Notes: generated from the sequence alone by a model not told the origin. Numbered from the stretch's first letter, positions 18,994 through 29,047 are shown. The stretch is 64,000 bases of DNA from Deltaproteobacteria bacterium (GCA_050258615.1 JBLMZC010000021.1:12404-76403), one strand, 5' to 3'. A program made the numbers and translations.

Positions 18994-21279
18994 TTATTCA
19001 ATAACTATCTCATCAACAAACAGCCAGTTGTATTTTTCGGTCTGATTTTTTTGATATTCTGCTGCATAAGATGATTTTTTTACAAGGATTTTCAAGTACC
19101 TGAATCTTTTTTGATCAAAAATTCTGATATTAGCATCAAGAATATTTGAATCAGCCAGATTTGCAAGACGCATTCCTCCGATAAGCCTGAATTCAGAATT
19201 ATCCTTTGATCCGTAAATCTCAATTTCCGAAGGTGAAAAAATGCCATCACGATTGTAATTATAAAACCTCATTTTCACATTGTCGATATAATCAGCTGTG
19301 ATCAAATCGATTGTGCCTTCAAAATCACTATTCAGAAATCCAAGCCATTCACTGTCGGAGTATCTTGAGTCACTTGCTTTTATGCCATTCAGAATCACAT
19401 CATGACCACCAGTTGCATATTGGGGTGCAGGTTCGTATTTCAGGGTAATTTTTTTTCCTGCCCCCATGTGGAGGTTGAATTGTTTCTCATATACCGGGAA
19501 TAATGGAATATTTTCATAATAAGCCCTGTATTTTATCTTCAAATCACCGGTAATTATTAAACTGTCTTTGAAAAGTAATGATTCCTGATTTGGGTCAGAG
19601 CCATCAACAGTGTAATAAATTTTTATTTTAATCCCTTCAGGTCCTTTGATTTTCAGGATTACATTTTGACCATCATTGATCGTTTTGCTTTCAAGATTTA
19701 TCAAATGATAAGCAATATTGACTCCATTTTCTTTCAAATATCTGTGATGAGGAATAATTCTTCTGACAAAATTTCCAAAATCTCTCTTATCATTATTCGT
19801 CCACAGTACCTCTGCAAGTGCAATTGCCCTTGGATAGGCCATGTATTCTACCTGTTTTGTAGTTGTGAAATACTCTGACCACAGATTAGCCTGTGCTCCA
19901 AGTATTCGATTAGCCTGGCTAATTAGCAGGCCTTTTGGTATTGGCTTATAGCTGAACACTTTTTCAAGTGAAGTATATCCCCCTATTGCTATTGGTTCAT
20001 TTGCATCAAGTGACTGATAATGATCAAAATAGCAATGACTGCCGGGTGTCATGACCACATTGTGACCCATTTTTGCAGCTTCAATACCACCTGCTTCGCC
20101 TCTCCACGACATAACCACTGCATTTGGTGCAAGACCTCCTTCCAGTATTTCATCCCATCCGATTATTATCTTACCTTTTGAGTTGACAAACTTCTCAATC
20201 CTTTTAATAAACCAGCTCTGCAATTCATGCTCATCCTTAAGATTTTCCTTTTTTATCAGCTCCTGGCAAAAACTACTTTCCTTCCATCTTTTCTTAGGTA
20301 CTTCATCGCCTCCGATATGGATATACTTTGAAGGGAAAAGTCCTGCCACCTCCGACAAAATATCGGTAAGGAATGTAAATGTCTCTTCACTTGGACAAAA
20401 AATGTCTTCTGATACTCCCCAGGTTGACCACACACTGAAAGGTCCTGGAGTGCAGGCATATTCAGGATATGCTGCAAGTGCAGCCTTGCAATGGCCGGGC
20501 ATTTCTATTTCCGGAATTATCTCGACATGCCTTTCATTTGCATAATTTACTATATCCAATATTTCTTCCTGTGTATAAAACCCGCCATGTCTGGTTTTGT
20601 CAAATTTCCTTGGTAAATCACTGTATCTTCCGGATAGTGTACTGTCTCTGAAAGCCCCAACTTCAGTCAGTCTCGGATATTTTTTGATTTCGATTCTCCA
20701 GCCCTGGTCATCAGTAAGGTGCCAGTGGAATTTATTGTATTTATACTTCGACATCAAATCAATATACTTTTTTACAAAATCAGCAGGAGCAAAATGTCTT
20801 GCCACATCGAGATGCATTCCGCGATAACTAAATGTCGGACTATCAGAAATTTCGAGAGCAGGGATTTTATTTTCCCTGGTATTGAATCTTATCAGTTGTA
20901 TCAGGGATTGGGTACCATAAAATAATCCTGCTGTTGTTTTGGCAGTGATCTTTATATAGTTTCGGCTGATATCCATTTTATAACCCTCAGGATCATTAAT
21001 TTTTCTATCTAATTCCAGTAAAATATAGTTTTTCCTGCCAGAAGTATTTATATTGACAAGCCCTAGCTCTTCGGCTATGATAGATGCAACAGGCAAAATT
21101 CCGGGAATTCTGACATCAAAACTGATCGATGTGTTCTTATCATAAGTGAATGAGTTTTTTTTGGTTATCAACTTTTTAGGAGCAGGAATGATATTTATAA
21201 ATGGAGGCTGTGAATATATAATTTCAGGAATGAATATTCCAAGTAAGATTATTGCAGGAATGAAGTTTTTGAAGTTCAT
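18994..21279 (-). CDS. Beta-N-acetylhexosaminidase, GH20, with C-terminal discoidin-like domain
   Basis: RGMHLDVARHF, HWHLTDDQGWRIEIKKYP and HIGGDEV are GH20 catalytic-domain motifs. Signal peptide present. Confidence 0.85.
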   Translation of the reverse strand: MNFKNFIPAIILLGIFIPEIIYSQPPFINIIPAPKKLITKKNSFTYDKNTSISFDVRIPGILPVASIIAEELGLVNINTSGRKNYILLELDRKINDPEGYKMDISRNYIKITAKTTAGLFYGTQSLIQLIRFNTRENKIPALEISDSPTFSYRGMHLDVARHFAPADFVKKYIDLMSKYKYNKFHWHLTDDQGWRIEIKKYPRLTEVGAFRDSTLSGRYSDLPRKFDKTRHGGFYTQEEILDIVNYANERHVEIIPEIEMPGHCKAALAAYPEYACTPGPFSVWSTWGVSEDIFCPSEETFTFLTDILSEVAGLFPSKYIHIGGDEVPKKRWKESSFCQELIKKENLKDEHELQSWFIKRIEKFVNSKGKIIIGWDEILEGGLAPNAVVMSWRGEAGGIEAAKMGHNVVMTPGSHCYFDHYQSLDANEPIAIGGYTSLEKVFSYKPIPKGLLISQANRILGAQANLWSEYFTTTKQVEYMAYPRAIALAEVLWTNNDKRDFGNFVRRIIPHHRYLKENGVNIAYHLINLESKTINDGQNVILKIKGPEGIKIKIYYTVDGSDPNQESLLFKDSLIITGDLKIKYRAYYENIPLFPVYEKQFNLHMGAGKKITLKYEPAPQYATGGHDVILNGIKASDSRYSDSEWLGFLNSDFEGTIDLITADYIDNVKMRFYNYNRDGIFSPSEIEIYGSKDNSEFRLIGGMRLANLADSNILDANIRIFDQKRFRYLKILVKKSSYAAEYQKNQTEKYNWLFVDEIVIE

Positions 21280-21305
21280 AGCTCTTTATTTAAATTTAAA
21301 AAATA

Positions 21306-24017
21306 TCAGAATTCGATAGTGTCACCAATATGTAGTGAATTGTCTGATTTTTTGTCTTTATTTTTAGTTTCTTTTTTTTCAATTATTTCTTCATCAGGAA
21401 ATGATTTTTCATCATTTGTATCACTTGTCGTTTCATCTTTGAACCTATTATTTTCTTCTTCAGAATAGTCTTCTTCTTCATTAAATTCTTCTGAAGCAGT
21501 ATCGTCATCCATCATGATTTTATTAGTATGCTCTATTGATTTAATTGTGAATTCACCAATTTTATTTCCCATAGCTTTCCAACCTTTGATGCCGACTATT
21601 TCGGATGCATTCAGTTCTTTTTCCTGATTGATCTTATTGTGAATATATGTAATTTTGATTATCGGATTTTCATCAAAACTGACAAAGTACAACCTGGCAT
21701 CTTTATGTTCTGAAATGAAGAGGAATTTTTCATCTACCTTATTGGTCTCGATCTTAAACCTCTTTACCATCGACCACTGTTTATCACCATCGTAGTGGAC
21801 GGCAGTGATCACGGTATCTTCATTTAACTGATGAATATCTGTGATGTTTTGATAATCGAGTGTGATCACTTTACTGACTTCTTTTATTTCATAATGCCCA
21901 GATTTGTAGATCACTATGATTTTATCTTCAGTATCGAATTGACCAAGATATTTTCCCAGCTCGTTTTTATTCAATTTTCCCGTTATTTCATCGTACCAGT
22001 ATTTTTGTTTTCCGAGAGAAGATTTTCCTTTTTCCAGAAAACTCACCTTTTTTACCGGATATTTGGTGACCGTATTACCAAGGGAACTCCTGCCTTTTAT
22101 CATCAGATTTCCAAAGTCAAAATCAAAAACCTTGTTTTTTGCTTTGCAACCAGGTGTAAGGAATACTTTGACTATTTCTGTTTCACCGTTTGGATTTACT
22201 GAAAAATACAGGACTTTACTGAAATTATGATCTGTGATAAGATTATATTCTTTATCCCTTGTTATAGCATTAACCTGGAATCTCTTTGCATATGTATTGC
22301 CGGTATTTCCATCGAGATAGATAAGGTGATAAGTTGTGCGTTCATCATCTTTTTTCCATAATCCGGCATGAAGGAGGTTTTTACCCATAAATACCTTATC
22401 TCCTATACGGTTGATTATGCATTTTCCATCCTGTCTGAAAGCTATTATGTCATCGATATCAGAACACTCACAAACAAAATCACCGATTTTGGAATTCGTA
22501 CCAATAAATCCGTTTTCAGGATCGATATAAAGCTTGGCATTGTTTACGATCACATTTTTAGTTGCAATTGTCTCGATATTGATTATTTCAGTACGTCTTT
22601 CCCTGCCGGTACCGTAAGTTTTTTTAAGGTGTTCGAAATATTTGATGGTAAATTCGGTGAGGTGTTTCAGATCGTAATTTACCTGCTTCAGTTCATTTTC
22701 GAGTTCTGCCAGATATTCGTCGGTTTTAAAGGAATTATACTTCGATATTTTTTTGATTTTAATCTCTGTGAGTTTAATGAGATCGTCCTGTGTGATCTCT
22801 CTCATCAGCTTTAGTCTCTTATCAGCTGGCTGAAGTTCGGAAGGAGTAGCAACATATTTTCTCAAGCCTATGTCGATTATTTCCAGGGCTGTCTCAAAGC
22901 TTTCTGCCTCTTCAATGTCCCTGTATATCCTATTTTCAATAAAGATCTTTTCAAGGCTTGTGAGGTGCCATTTTTCGAGCAGTTCATTTTTTTTGATCTC
23001 GAGTTCCTGCCTTAGGAGTTCTTTGGTCCTGAAAGTTGACAGCTTCAGGATTTCAAGCACTGTGAGGAATTCGGGTTTATTATTGACAATTACACATGCA
23101 TTGGGAGAGATAGAAACTTCGCAATCAGTGAAAGCATATAGCGCATCACGGGTAACTTCAGGTGAAATGCCTGGCAGTAACTGGACTTCTATCTCCACAT
23201 TTTTTGCTGTATTGTCAGTGATCTTTTTTATTTTTATTTTTCCTTTCTCCACTGCTTTCAGTACACTGTCTATCAGTGTCTCGGTGGTAACTCCATAAGG
23301 CAATTCATTGATTATAAGGGTTTTCTTATCAAGAATGTCGATTTTTGCCCTTACTTTCACTTTTCCGCCACGCTCACCATCCTTGTACTCTGAAATGTCT
23401 ATTTTTCCTCCCGTCTGGAAATCCGGATATATGACCACTTCTTCGTTCTTTAGTATGCAAACCGATGCATCTATTAATTCAATGAAATTGTGAGGGAGAA
23501 TTTTAGTTGAAAGGCCTACTGCAATCCCTTCAACACCCTGAGCGAGTACCAACGGAAACTTCATCGGGAGATGCACTGGTTCCTTGTTTCTGCCATCGTA
23601 AGATTGTTGCCATTCTGTAGTCTGCGGATTGAAAGCCACTTCGAGAGCAAATTTTGTTAGTCTGGCTTCGATATAACGTGGTGCAGCCGCTGAATCACCT
23701 GTACGAATATCGCCCCAGTTTCCCTGAGTATCGATAAGCAGATCCTTTTGGCCAAGATTGACCAGTGCATCCCCAATTGCTGCATCTCCATGTGGATGAA
23801 ACTGCATAGTATGCCCAATGATATTGGCTACCTTGTGGTATCTGCCATCATCCATTCTGTACATACTATGAAGAATACGTCTTTGAACCGGTTTTAATCC
23901 GTCTTCAAGCGAGGGAACAGCTCTTTCGAGTATAACATATGATGCATAATCAAGGAAATAGTCTTTATACATTCCCTTGAGACTGATTATTTTATCCTGC
24001 GGATTGAAATTTTCCAT
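21306..24017 (-). CDS. parC: DNA topoisomerase IV subunit A (GyrA/ParC family) with acidic C-terminal tail
   Basis: DGLKPVQRRILHSM, HPHGDAAIGDALVNLGQ and AAPRYIEARL. The ~900 aa form without a GyrA-box is typical of Bacteroidota ParC. Confidence 0.8.
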   Translation of the reverse strand: MENFNPQDKIISLKGMYKDYFLDYASYVILERAVPSLEDGLKPVQRRILHSMYRMDDGRYHKVANIIGHTMQFHPHGDAAIGDALVNLGQKDLLIDTQGNWGDIRTGDSAAAPRYIEARLTKFALEVAFNPQTTEWQQSYDGRNKEPVHLPMKFPLVLAQGVEGIAVGLSTKILPHNFIELIDASVCILKNEEVVIYPDFQTGGKIDISEYKDGERGGKVKVRAKIDILDKKTLIINELPYGVTTETLIDSVLKAVEKGKIKIKKITDNTAKNVEIEVQLLPGISPEVTRDALYAFTDCEVSISPNACVIVNNKPEFLTVLEILKLSTFRTKELLRQELEIKKNELLEKWHLTSLEKIFIENRIYRDIEEAESFETALEIIDIGLRKYVATPSELQPADKRLKLMREITQDDLIKLTEIKIKKISKYNSFKTDEYLAELENELKQVNYDLKHLTEFTIKYFEHLKKTYGTGRERRTEIINIETIATKNVIVNNAKLYIDPENGFIGTNSKIGDFVCECSDIDDIIAFRQDGKCIINRIGDKVFMGKNLLHAGLWKKDDERTTYHLIYLDGNTGNTYAKRFQVNAITRDKEYNLITDHNFSKVLYFSVNPNGETEIVKVFLTPGCKAKNKVFDFDFGNLMIKGRSSLGNTVTKYPVKKVSFLEKGKSSLGKQKYWYDEITGKLNKNELGKYLGQFDTEDKIIVIYKSGHYEIKEVSKVITLDYQNITDIHQLNEDTVITAVHYDGDKQWSMVKRFKIETNKVDEKFLFISEHKDARLYFVSFDENPIIKITYIHNKINQEKELNASEIVGIKGWKAMGNKIGEFTIKSIEHTNKIMMDDDTASEEFNEEEDYSEEENNRFKDETTSDTNDEKSFPDEEIIEKKETKNKDKKSDNSLHIGDTIEF

Positions 24018-24129
24018 TCAGTATTTCTGTATTATTTCATAGATACCTATCAAAAAATAGGATACATTAAAAAATACAAAGATACGTTATAATATGATAT
24101 TTATGAAATGATATATAAAATAAAATTGA

Positions 24130-24500
24130 ATATGTGAATAGAGATCAGAGAACAGTAAACAGTCATCAGGGATTAATTTACTTCGTGACTTTGCAGCTTT
24201 GCCTGAGAGTTAAGAGTGAAAAGTTAAGAGTGAAAAGTTAAGAATGAAAAGTTAAGAGTGAAAAGTTAAGAGTGAATAGTGAAAAGTGAAGTATGAATAG
24301 TGATTAGTTAGCAGTCTTCAGTCGGCCAGTAGTAGTTTTAGGTCTTTTAAAAATAGGTGGCAAACGAATTACAAAGGTAAAACTAGACCAGATAAACGGA
24401 AAACTGACAACAGATTTAAAGTTAAAAGTGAAAAGTGAAAAACCATCAAACCGAGTAACCATGAACAAGGTACGATCTACGATTTGAATGAATGATTGAC
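24130..24500 (-). repeat. Type III composite repeat element (inverted copy of 39457-39730)
   Basis: The reverse complement aligns by eye with 39520-39725, including the non-repetitive cores gttttacctttgtaattcgtttgccacctattttta and ctcaggcaaagctgcaaagtcacgaagtaaattaatccctgatgactg. Confidence 0.8.
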
Positions 24501-24547
24501 TAATTGAGAACAGAAATAATTAACAATTTTAAATTTACAATTTCCAA

Positions 24548-24994
24548 CTACGCAATGCGATCTTTGATATCGGGATTTAATCTCGTAAGTTCATTTTTTT
24601 CAAAGTGTGGGCAATCAGTACATTTGGAGTGGTTTTCAATGCCTTCTATAAGTTTAAAACACCTTGTACATCTGAACCATTCACGGTCAAAGGAACAATT
24701 GCCTCCTGCGATCTCAATTTTTCTTCCTTCAACAAATGCAATTCCAATTATGTGCAAAGCACGATTGTATATACGGGTAAATGTAGGTCTTGATACCTGC
24801 ATTAATTGAGCTGCATCGTCCTGGAGCATTTTTTCATAATTCACAAGCTTTATGCTTTCGAATTCCTCAAAACTCATACTCAAAGGTTCAGTATCTACAT
24901 TTGTACATCCATAAGGTATAAAGCCTGACATTTGTGGCGGACTTGTTATCTTCCTAATTTTGCTGGGTCGTGGCATTTTTTTTACTCCTGACAA
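24548..24994 (-). CDS. DUF134/UPF0251-family DNA-binding protein with C-terminal CxxC...CxxC zinc-ribbon-like tail
   Basis: PRPSKIRKI, FIPYG, EEFESIKLVNYEKMLQDDAAQLMQVSRPTFTRIYNRA, and CTRC...CTDC. The true start is possibly the internal Met at 24976. Confidence 0.65.
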   Translation of the reverse strand: MSGVKKMPRPSKIRKITSPPQMSGFIPYGCTNVDTEPLSMSFEEFESIKLVNYEKMLQDDAAQLMQVSRPTFTRIYNRALHIIGIAFVEGRKIEIAGGNCSFDREWFRCTRCFKLIEGIENHSKCTDCPHFEKNELTRLNPDIKDRIA

Positions 24995-25205
24995 TTTCCC
25001 TTACATCGGGATAAATTAAATAAATAAAAAATATGGCTGACAAAAATAAAATGATTTTTCCGATCAGGCAGTACTTGCCACAATAAAAATTATCACCAAA
25101 CCCAAAAAGACATGTTGCACAACCAAGTATTACCATCAGAAGATAATCGACAAAAACCAGAACTGGCAAAATAAAAACCAATTTGAAAATTAATGAATTT
25201 TTCAT
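24954..25205 (-). CDS. Small Cys-rich membrane protein (hypothetical)
   Basis: Two hydrophobic helices flank GCATCLFGFGDNFYCGKYC. Overlaps the DUF134 ORF start. Confidence 0.4.
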   Translation of the reverse strand: MKNSLIFKLVFILPVLVFVDYLLMVILGCATCLFGFGDNFYCGKYCLIGKIILFLSAIFFIYLIYPDVREIVRSKKNATTQQN

Positions 25206-25370
25206 GATCAGATATTTTATACAAATATAATGAACCTGCGTTCATAAATCAAGTTTTCAAGGTTTTTTTTTAAGAAATTAGACCAAATCTTGATAAAAAT
25301 AAATTTTATTGATTAAATATAGCTTTTTATTAAAAAATTCAGGTATTTTGAACTTTTTTAATATTGATAA

Positions 25371-26564
25371 ATGAAGTTACCCGCATATAGCAATAGCATA
25401 CGTAATTGGTCTTTGCACCGAAATATAGTATTTCTCAATCATGGTTCCTTTGGAGCAACACCATTGCCCATAATTGAAAAACAAAATCAGTACAGGCAAA
25501 TGATGGAGAACGAGCCTGTTGATTTTTTTGTAAATATTATGCCAGACTTATTAAATAAAAGCAAGGCAATGCTTTCAGAATTTCTTGGAGTCAAAAAAGA
25601 TGAACTTATATTTGTTCAAAACACTACCACCGGGGTCAATCAGATTCTTGCTTCTTTCCCATTTAAGCCTGCTGATGAATGGCTTGTAACATCTCATGCT
25701 TACGGTGCCTGCATGAATGCCATTAAACACTTAGTTAGTCGAAATAATATAGTTTTAAAAATAGCAGATATTCCTTTCCCGGTCAAAAATGATGAAGAAA
25801 TTCTGAAGGCAATTGGGCGAGAGATCAGTCCGAATACAAAACTTGCCCTGATCGATCACATTACTTCTGCCACCGGAATGATCTTTCCTATAAATGAAAT
25901 AATAGATCTTTTACATGCGCATGGAGTGAAAGTTATTGTTGACGGGGCACATGCTCCCGGGATGGTACATCTGAATATTAACGAACTGGATGCTGATTAT
26001 TATGTAGGTAATTGCCATAAATGGATGTGTGCTCCCAAGGGAAGTGCTTTTATATATGTAAAAATGGAATTTCAGGAATCAGTTAAACCATTGGTAATAA
26101 GCCATTTCAATGATACAGATATTGGTGGAGATTCTCACTGGAGTAACCAGTTTTTGTGGGATGGTACTCATGATTTCAGTCAGTACATTTGTGTCGGAGA
26201 TACCATAGATTTCATGAGTTCATTGCATTCTGACGGATGGCAGGGAATTATGGATCATAATCACAGACTTGCATGGCAGGGCGCAAAACTAATAGCTGAA
26301 AAACTGAACATTGAACTTCCCCTTGAAGAAAAATATATAGGCTGCATGGTAAATATCCCCATGCCGGAGGGTGAAGAGGGATTTCCGAAATTCAATGAAA
26401 CCTGTCCTTTGAAAAAAGTCCTTTTCGAAAAATATAAAATTGAAGTTCCAATTTTCTTTTTTCCATCTGCACCAAGACAATGGCTTCGGATCTCTGCACA
26501 ACTTTATAATAGCCTGGAGCAGTATGAATATTTGGGTGATTGTCTGCATAAGGAATTAAAGTAA
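25371..26564 (+). CDS. Class V aminotransferase-fold PLP enzyme (isopenicillin-N-epimerase/cysteine desulfurase-like)
   Basis: LNHGSFGATP, VDGAHAPG and GNCHKWMCAPKGSAF (PLP lysine context). Confidence 0.7.
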   Translation: MKLPAYSNSIRNWSLHRNIVFLNHGSFGATPLPIIEKQNQYRQMMENEPVDFFVNIMPDLLNKSKAMLSEFLGVKKDELIFVQNTTTGVNQILASFPFKPADEWLVTSHAYGACMNAIKHLVSRNNIVLKIADIPFPVKNDEEILKAIGREISPNTKLALIDHITSATGMIFPINEIIDLLHAHGVKVIVDGAHAPGMVHLNINELDADYYVGNCHKWMCAPKGSAFIYVKMEFQESVKPLVISHFNDTDIGGDSHWSNQFLWDGTHDFSQYICVGDTIDFMSSLHSDGWQGIMDHNHRLAWQGAKLIAEKLNIELPLEEKYIGCMVNIPMPEGEEGFPKFNETCPLKKVLFEKYKIEVPIFFFPSAPRQWLRISAQLYNSLEQYEYLGDCLHKELK

Positions 26565-26890
26565 TTACGATTCAGCAGTAGGACAGCAGTCGGCAGTCGG
26601 CAGTCAACAGTCGGCAGTCGGAAGTTGGCAGTCGGAAGTCGGCAGTCAAGAGTCGGCAGTCAGCAGTCGGAAGTTAACTCAGTAAATAAATAATTCAATA
26701 TCTCAATATCTCAGTTGGCAGTTGGCAGTTGGCAGTCTTCAGTCAGCAGTCTGAAGTCAGCAGTCTGAAGTCAACAGTCTGCAGTTAACTAAATAACTCA
26801 TTAAATCAATAACTAAATAACTCAATAAATAAATAAATAAATAATCAAATCACTCCTTTAATTATTTTGCTACCATAATAATTCCTCTCC
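26565..26890 (+). repeat. Type II mosaic repeat element (C words ggcagtc/cagtcttcagt alternating with E words ataactcaataa; ends AATTCCTCTCC)
   Basis: Starts right after the 26564 stop. Same module order and orientation as 46148-46463. Confidence 0.85.
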
Positions 26891-26974
26891 TTCGATTTTT
26901 CAGGCCAAAACTGTTTGAGGTAGGTGACAGTAATGCCACAGAAGACCAATTTCACAAGAAAGCAAAAAGAAAAA

Positions 26975-27115
26975 ATCACATTATAATGTGATTCAGGCAA
27001 ATTTCATTATTCAAACAGGGTTATTTATAGCGAAAATCACACTAAAATGTGATTATGTTTGTATAATTTAAAAAATAAACATACTTTTGATGCAAAAATC
27101 ACAGTATAATGTTAG
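26975..27115 (+). promoter_or_regulatory. Three putative HipB operators (AAAATCACA-N6-TGTGAT) plus a TActTTTG -7-like promoter motif
   Basis: atcacattataatgtgat (26975-26992) is a perfect 18-bp palindrome. atcacactaaaatgtgat lies at 27036-27053. atcacagtataatgttag (27098-27115) overlaps the hipB ATG. Spacing is 61-62 bp. TACTTTTG at 27082-27089 fits the Bacteroidota -7 consensus TAnnTTTG. Confidence 0.55.
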
Positions 27116-27318
27116 TCTCGATATTAGGGGAAACCATTAAAAACAGAAGAAAGGAGTTAAACATAACTCAACCTCACTTAGCTGAACTGGCAGAAGTGAG
27201 CACCAATACTTTATATAAACTTGAGCGTGGGCAAGGCAATCCTTCGTTAAATATATTGAATAAATTAGTGGAAGTATTAGGCTTGGAATTAATACTTGAT
27301 GTAAAGAAGCAACATTAA
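27109..27318 (+). CDS. hipB: XRE-family HTH protein, HipB-like
   Basis: 69 aa with the typical HTH_3 pattern IKNRRKELNITQPHLAELAEVSTNTLYKLERGQGNPSLNIL. First gene of a tightly packed triplet. Confidence 0.75.
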   Translation: MLVSILGETIKNRRKELNITQPHLAELAEVSTNTLYKLERGQGNPSLNILNKLVEVLGLELILDVKKQH

Positions 27319-27322
27319 GTAA

Positions 27323-27652
27323 ATGAGAGCATTAGAAATATATTGTAATGGGATTTTGGCAGGAATACTAATAGAAGAAAATCGTCGACATTATGTTTTC
27401 AAGTATGACGACAGATATTTTACTGATACAAGTAAGCAAGCAATAAGTTTGACCTTGCCAAAATCGCAAAAAGAATACAGTAGCAATTTTTTGTTTCCAT
27501 TCTTTTTCAATATGTTGAGTGAAGGGGTAAATCGAAAATTGCAAAGTACTCAATTGAGAATAGACGAAGAAGATAATTTTGGCTTGTTAGCAGCAACAGC
27601 ACAATATGATACGATAGGGGCAATAACAGTAAAAACAATAGTGGTAAAATGA
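27323..27652 (+). CDS. hipS: HipS-like protein (stand-alone HipA N-terminal subdomain)
   Basis: 109 aa. MRALEIYCNGILAGILIEENRRHYVFKYDDRYF resembles the HipA N-terminal (couple_hipA) domain. Its stop overlaps the next start (ATGA). Confidence 0.65.
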   Translation: MRALEIYCNGILAGILIEENRRHYVFKYDDRYFTDTSKQAISLTLPKSQKEYSSNFLFPFFFNMLSEGVNRKLQSTQLRIDEEDNFGLLAATAQYDTIGAITVKTIVVK

Positions 27653-28653
27653 ATGTAGATGAATTACAATACTGTCCGGGAACTTTGGCTGAAGGTTTTT
27701 CTACTTACAGCCCAAGCTGCTTAAGGAATTTGTTTAATGGCAAAAAAGTAAATCATATTTTGGCTTATGAGCATCCACAGCAAAGTGAACAGATGGCTGA
27801 GCAGTTCATGGAAAATCGAAAACACATATCTATATCAGGAGTGCAGGAAAAATTAAGTTTGCTTTTAGAGAAAAATATATTGCGATTGACGAAAGAAGGA
27901 GAACGTGGAATGTATATACTCAAACCGATACCAAGGGATCTGAAAAAGGTTGACCAAGTTCCTGCTAACGAACATTTGACAATGCAAATAGCTAAACAAG
28001 TATATGGACTAAAAACGGCAGAAAACGCCATGATTTTCTTTAATAATGGGACCCCGGCTTACATCACTAAACGATTTGACATAAAGGAAGATGAAAGCAA
28101 ATGGGGAACGGAAGATTTTGCAACGTTGGCAGGGAAAACAAAAGACAATTCAGGACAAAATTTCAAATATGAATATAGTTATGAAGAGGCGGGGCTTTTG
28201 ATACAAAAATATGTTTCCGCTTGGAGGGTTGAAATAGAAAAATATTTTTCTTTAGTAGTATTCAATTTTTTGTTTTCAAATGGTGATGCTCACTTGAAAA
28301 ACTTTTCATTGCTGGAATCATTAAAAGGGGACTACTTGCTTAGTCCGGCTTATGATTTAGTAAATACAAGACTGCATGTAGACGATACTGATTTTGCATT
28401 GGATAAAGGACTATTTGCAGACGACTTTAAAAGTGAGCAGTACAAAAAAAATGGACATCCTTCAAAAAGTGATTTTTATGAATTTGCAAAACGTATAGGA
28501 GTTATTGAAAGCAGATTTAAAAAACTAATAAGTCCGTTTTTGGATAAGCAAGCATTTGTTGAAAAATTAATCTATCATTCATTTTTAAGTGATTCAAACA
28601 AGAGAGGTTATTTGTTGATGTATAATACAAAAAGAAACTATTTAAATTCGTAA
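27649..28653 (+). CDS. hipT: HipT-like Ser/Thr kinase toxin (HipA C-terminal kinase core lacking the N-subdomain)
   Basis: Gly-rich loop HISISGVQEKLSL (the SIS doublet known from HipT), catalytic GDAHLKNFSLL, and the Mg-binding region PAYDLVNT. Confidence 0.75.
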   Translation: MNVDELQYCPGTLAEGFSTYSPSCLRNLFNGKKVNHILAYEHPQQSEQMAEQFMENRKHISISGVQEKLSLLLEKNILRLTKEGERGMYILKPIPRDLKKVDQVPANEHLTMQIAKQVYGLKTAENAMIFFNNGTPAYITKRFDIKEDESKWGTEDFATLAGKTKDNSGQNFKYEYSYEEAGLLIQKYVSAWRVEIEKYFSLVVFNFLFSNGDAHLKNFSLLESLKGDYLLSPAYDLVNTRLHVDDTDFALDKGLFADDFKSEQYKKNGHPSKSDFYEFAKRIGVIESRFKKLISPFLDKQAFVEKLIYHSFLSDSNKRGYLLMYNTKRNYLNS

Positions 28654-28830
28654 ATGGCCTGAGAATTTACTGAAAATAAAAGCGCCTGATAAGATTCCTC
28701 CTTGTTTACTCTCAAAGTAATGATATGCATTTTCGCCCCAAAGGCACCAACTTTGATAATATCATTCCGTACGTAGTGAGGAATCTTTTCTTTCATTGCC
28801 AGCAATTATCTTATATTGAAATCAGGTTAT

Positions 28831-29047
28831 ACCATTTACAATTATTCTTTAGTCCAATTGCAAAAGGTCTTACTGACACTGACACTGATACTGACACTTC
28901 GGTCAGCACAGGCACTTTGGTCTGCACAGGCACTTTGGTCAGTACAGGCACTTCGGTCAGCATTTAAAACATAAAGCCGATACAATACCTCTATAGTCCA
29001 ACTTTGTCGGTACTTTTTCAGATATACTTTCAGTATTACTTTCAGAG
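28831..29047 (+). repeat. D-family mosaic element, copy a
   Basis: Scaffold accatttacaattattctttagtccaattg, then (actgac)n, then about 3.5 copies of an 18-mer, then cacttcggtcagcatttaaaac...tagtccaactttg...cagatatacttt. Aligns with 57265-57420. Confidence 0.85.
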
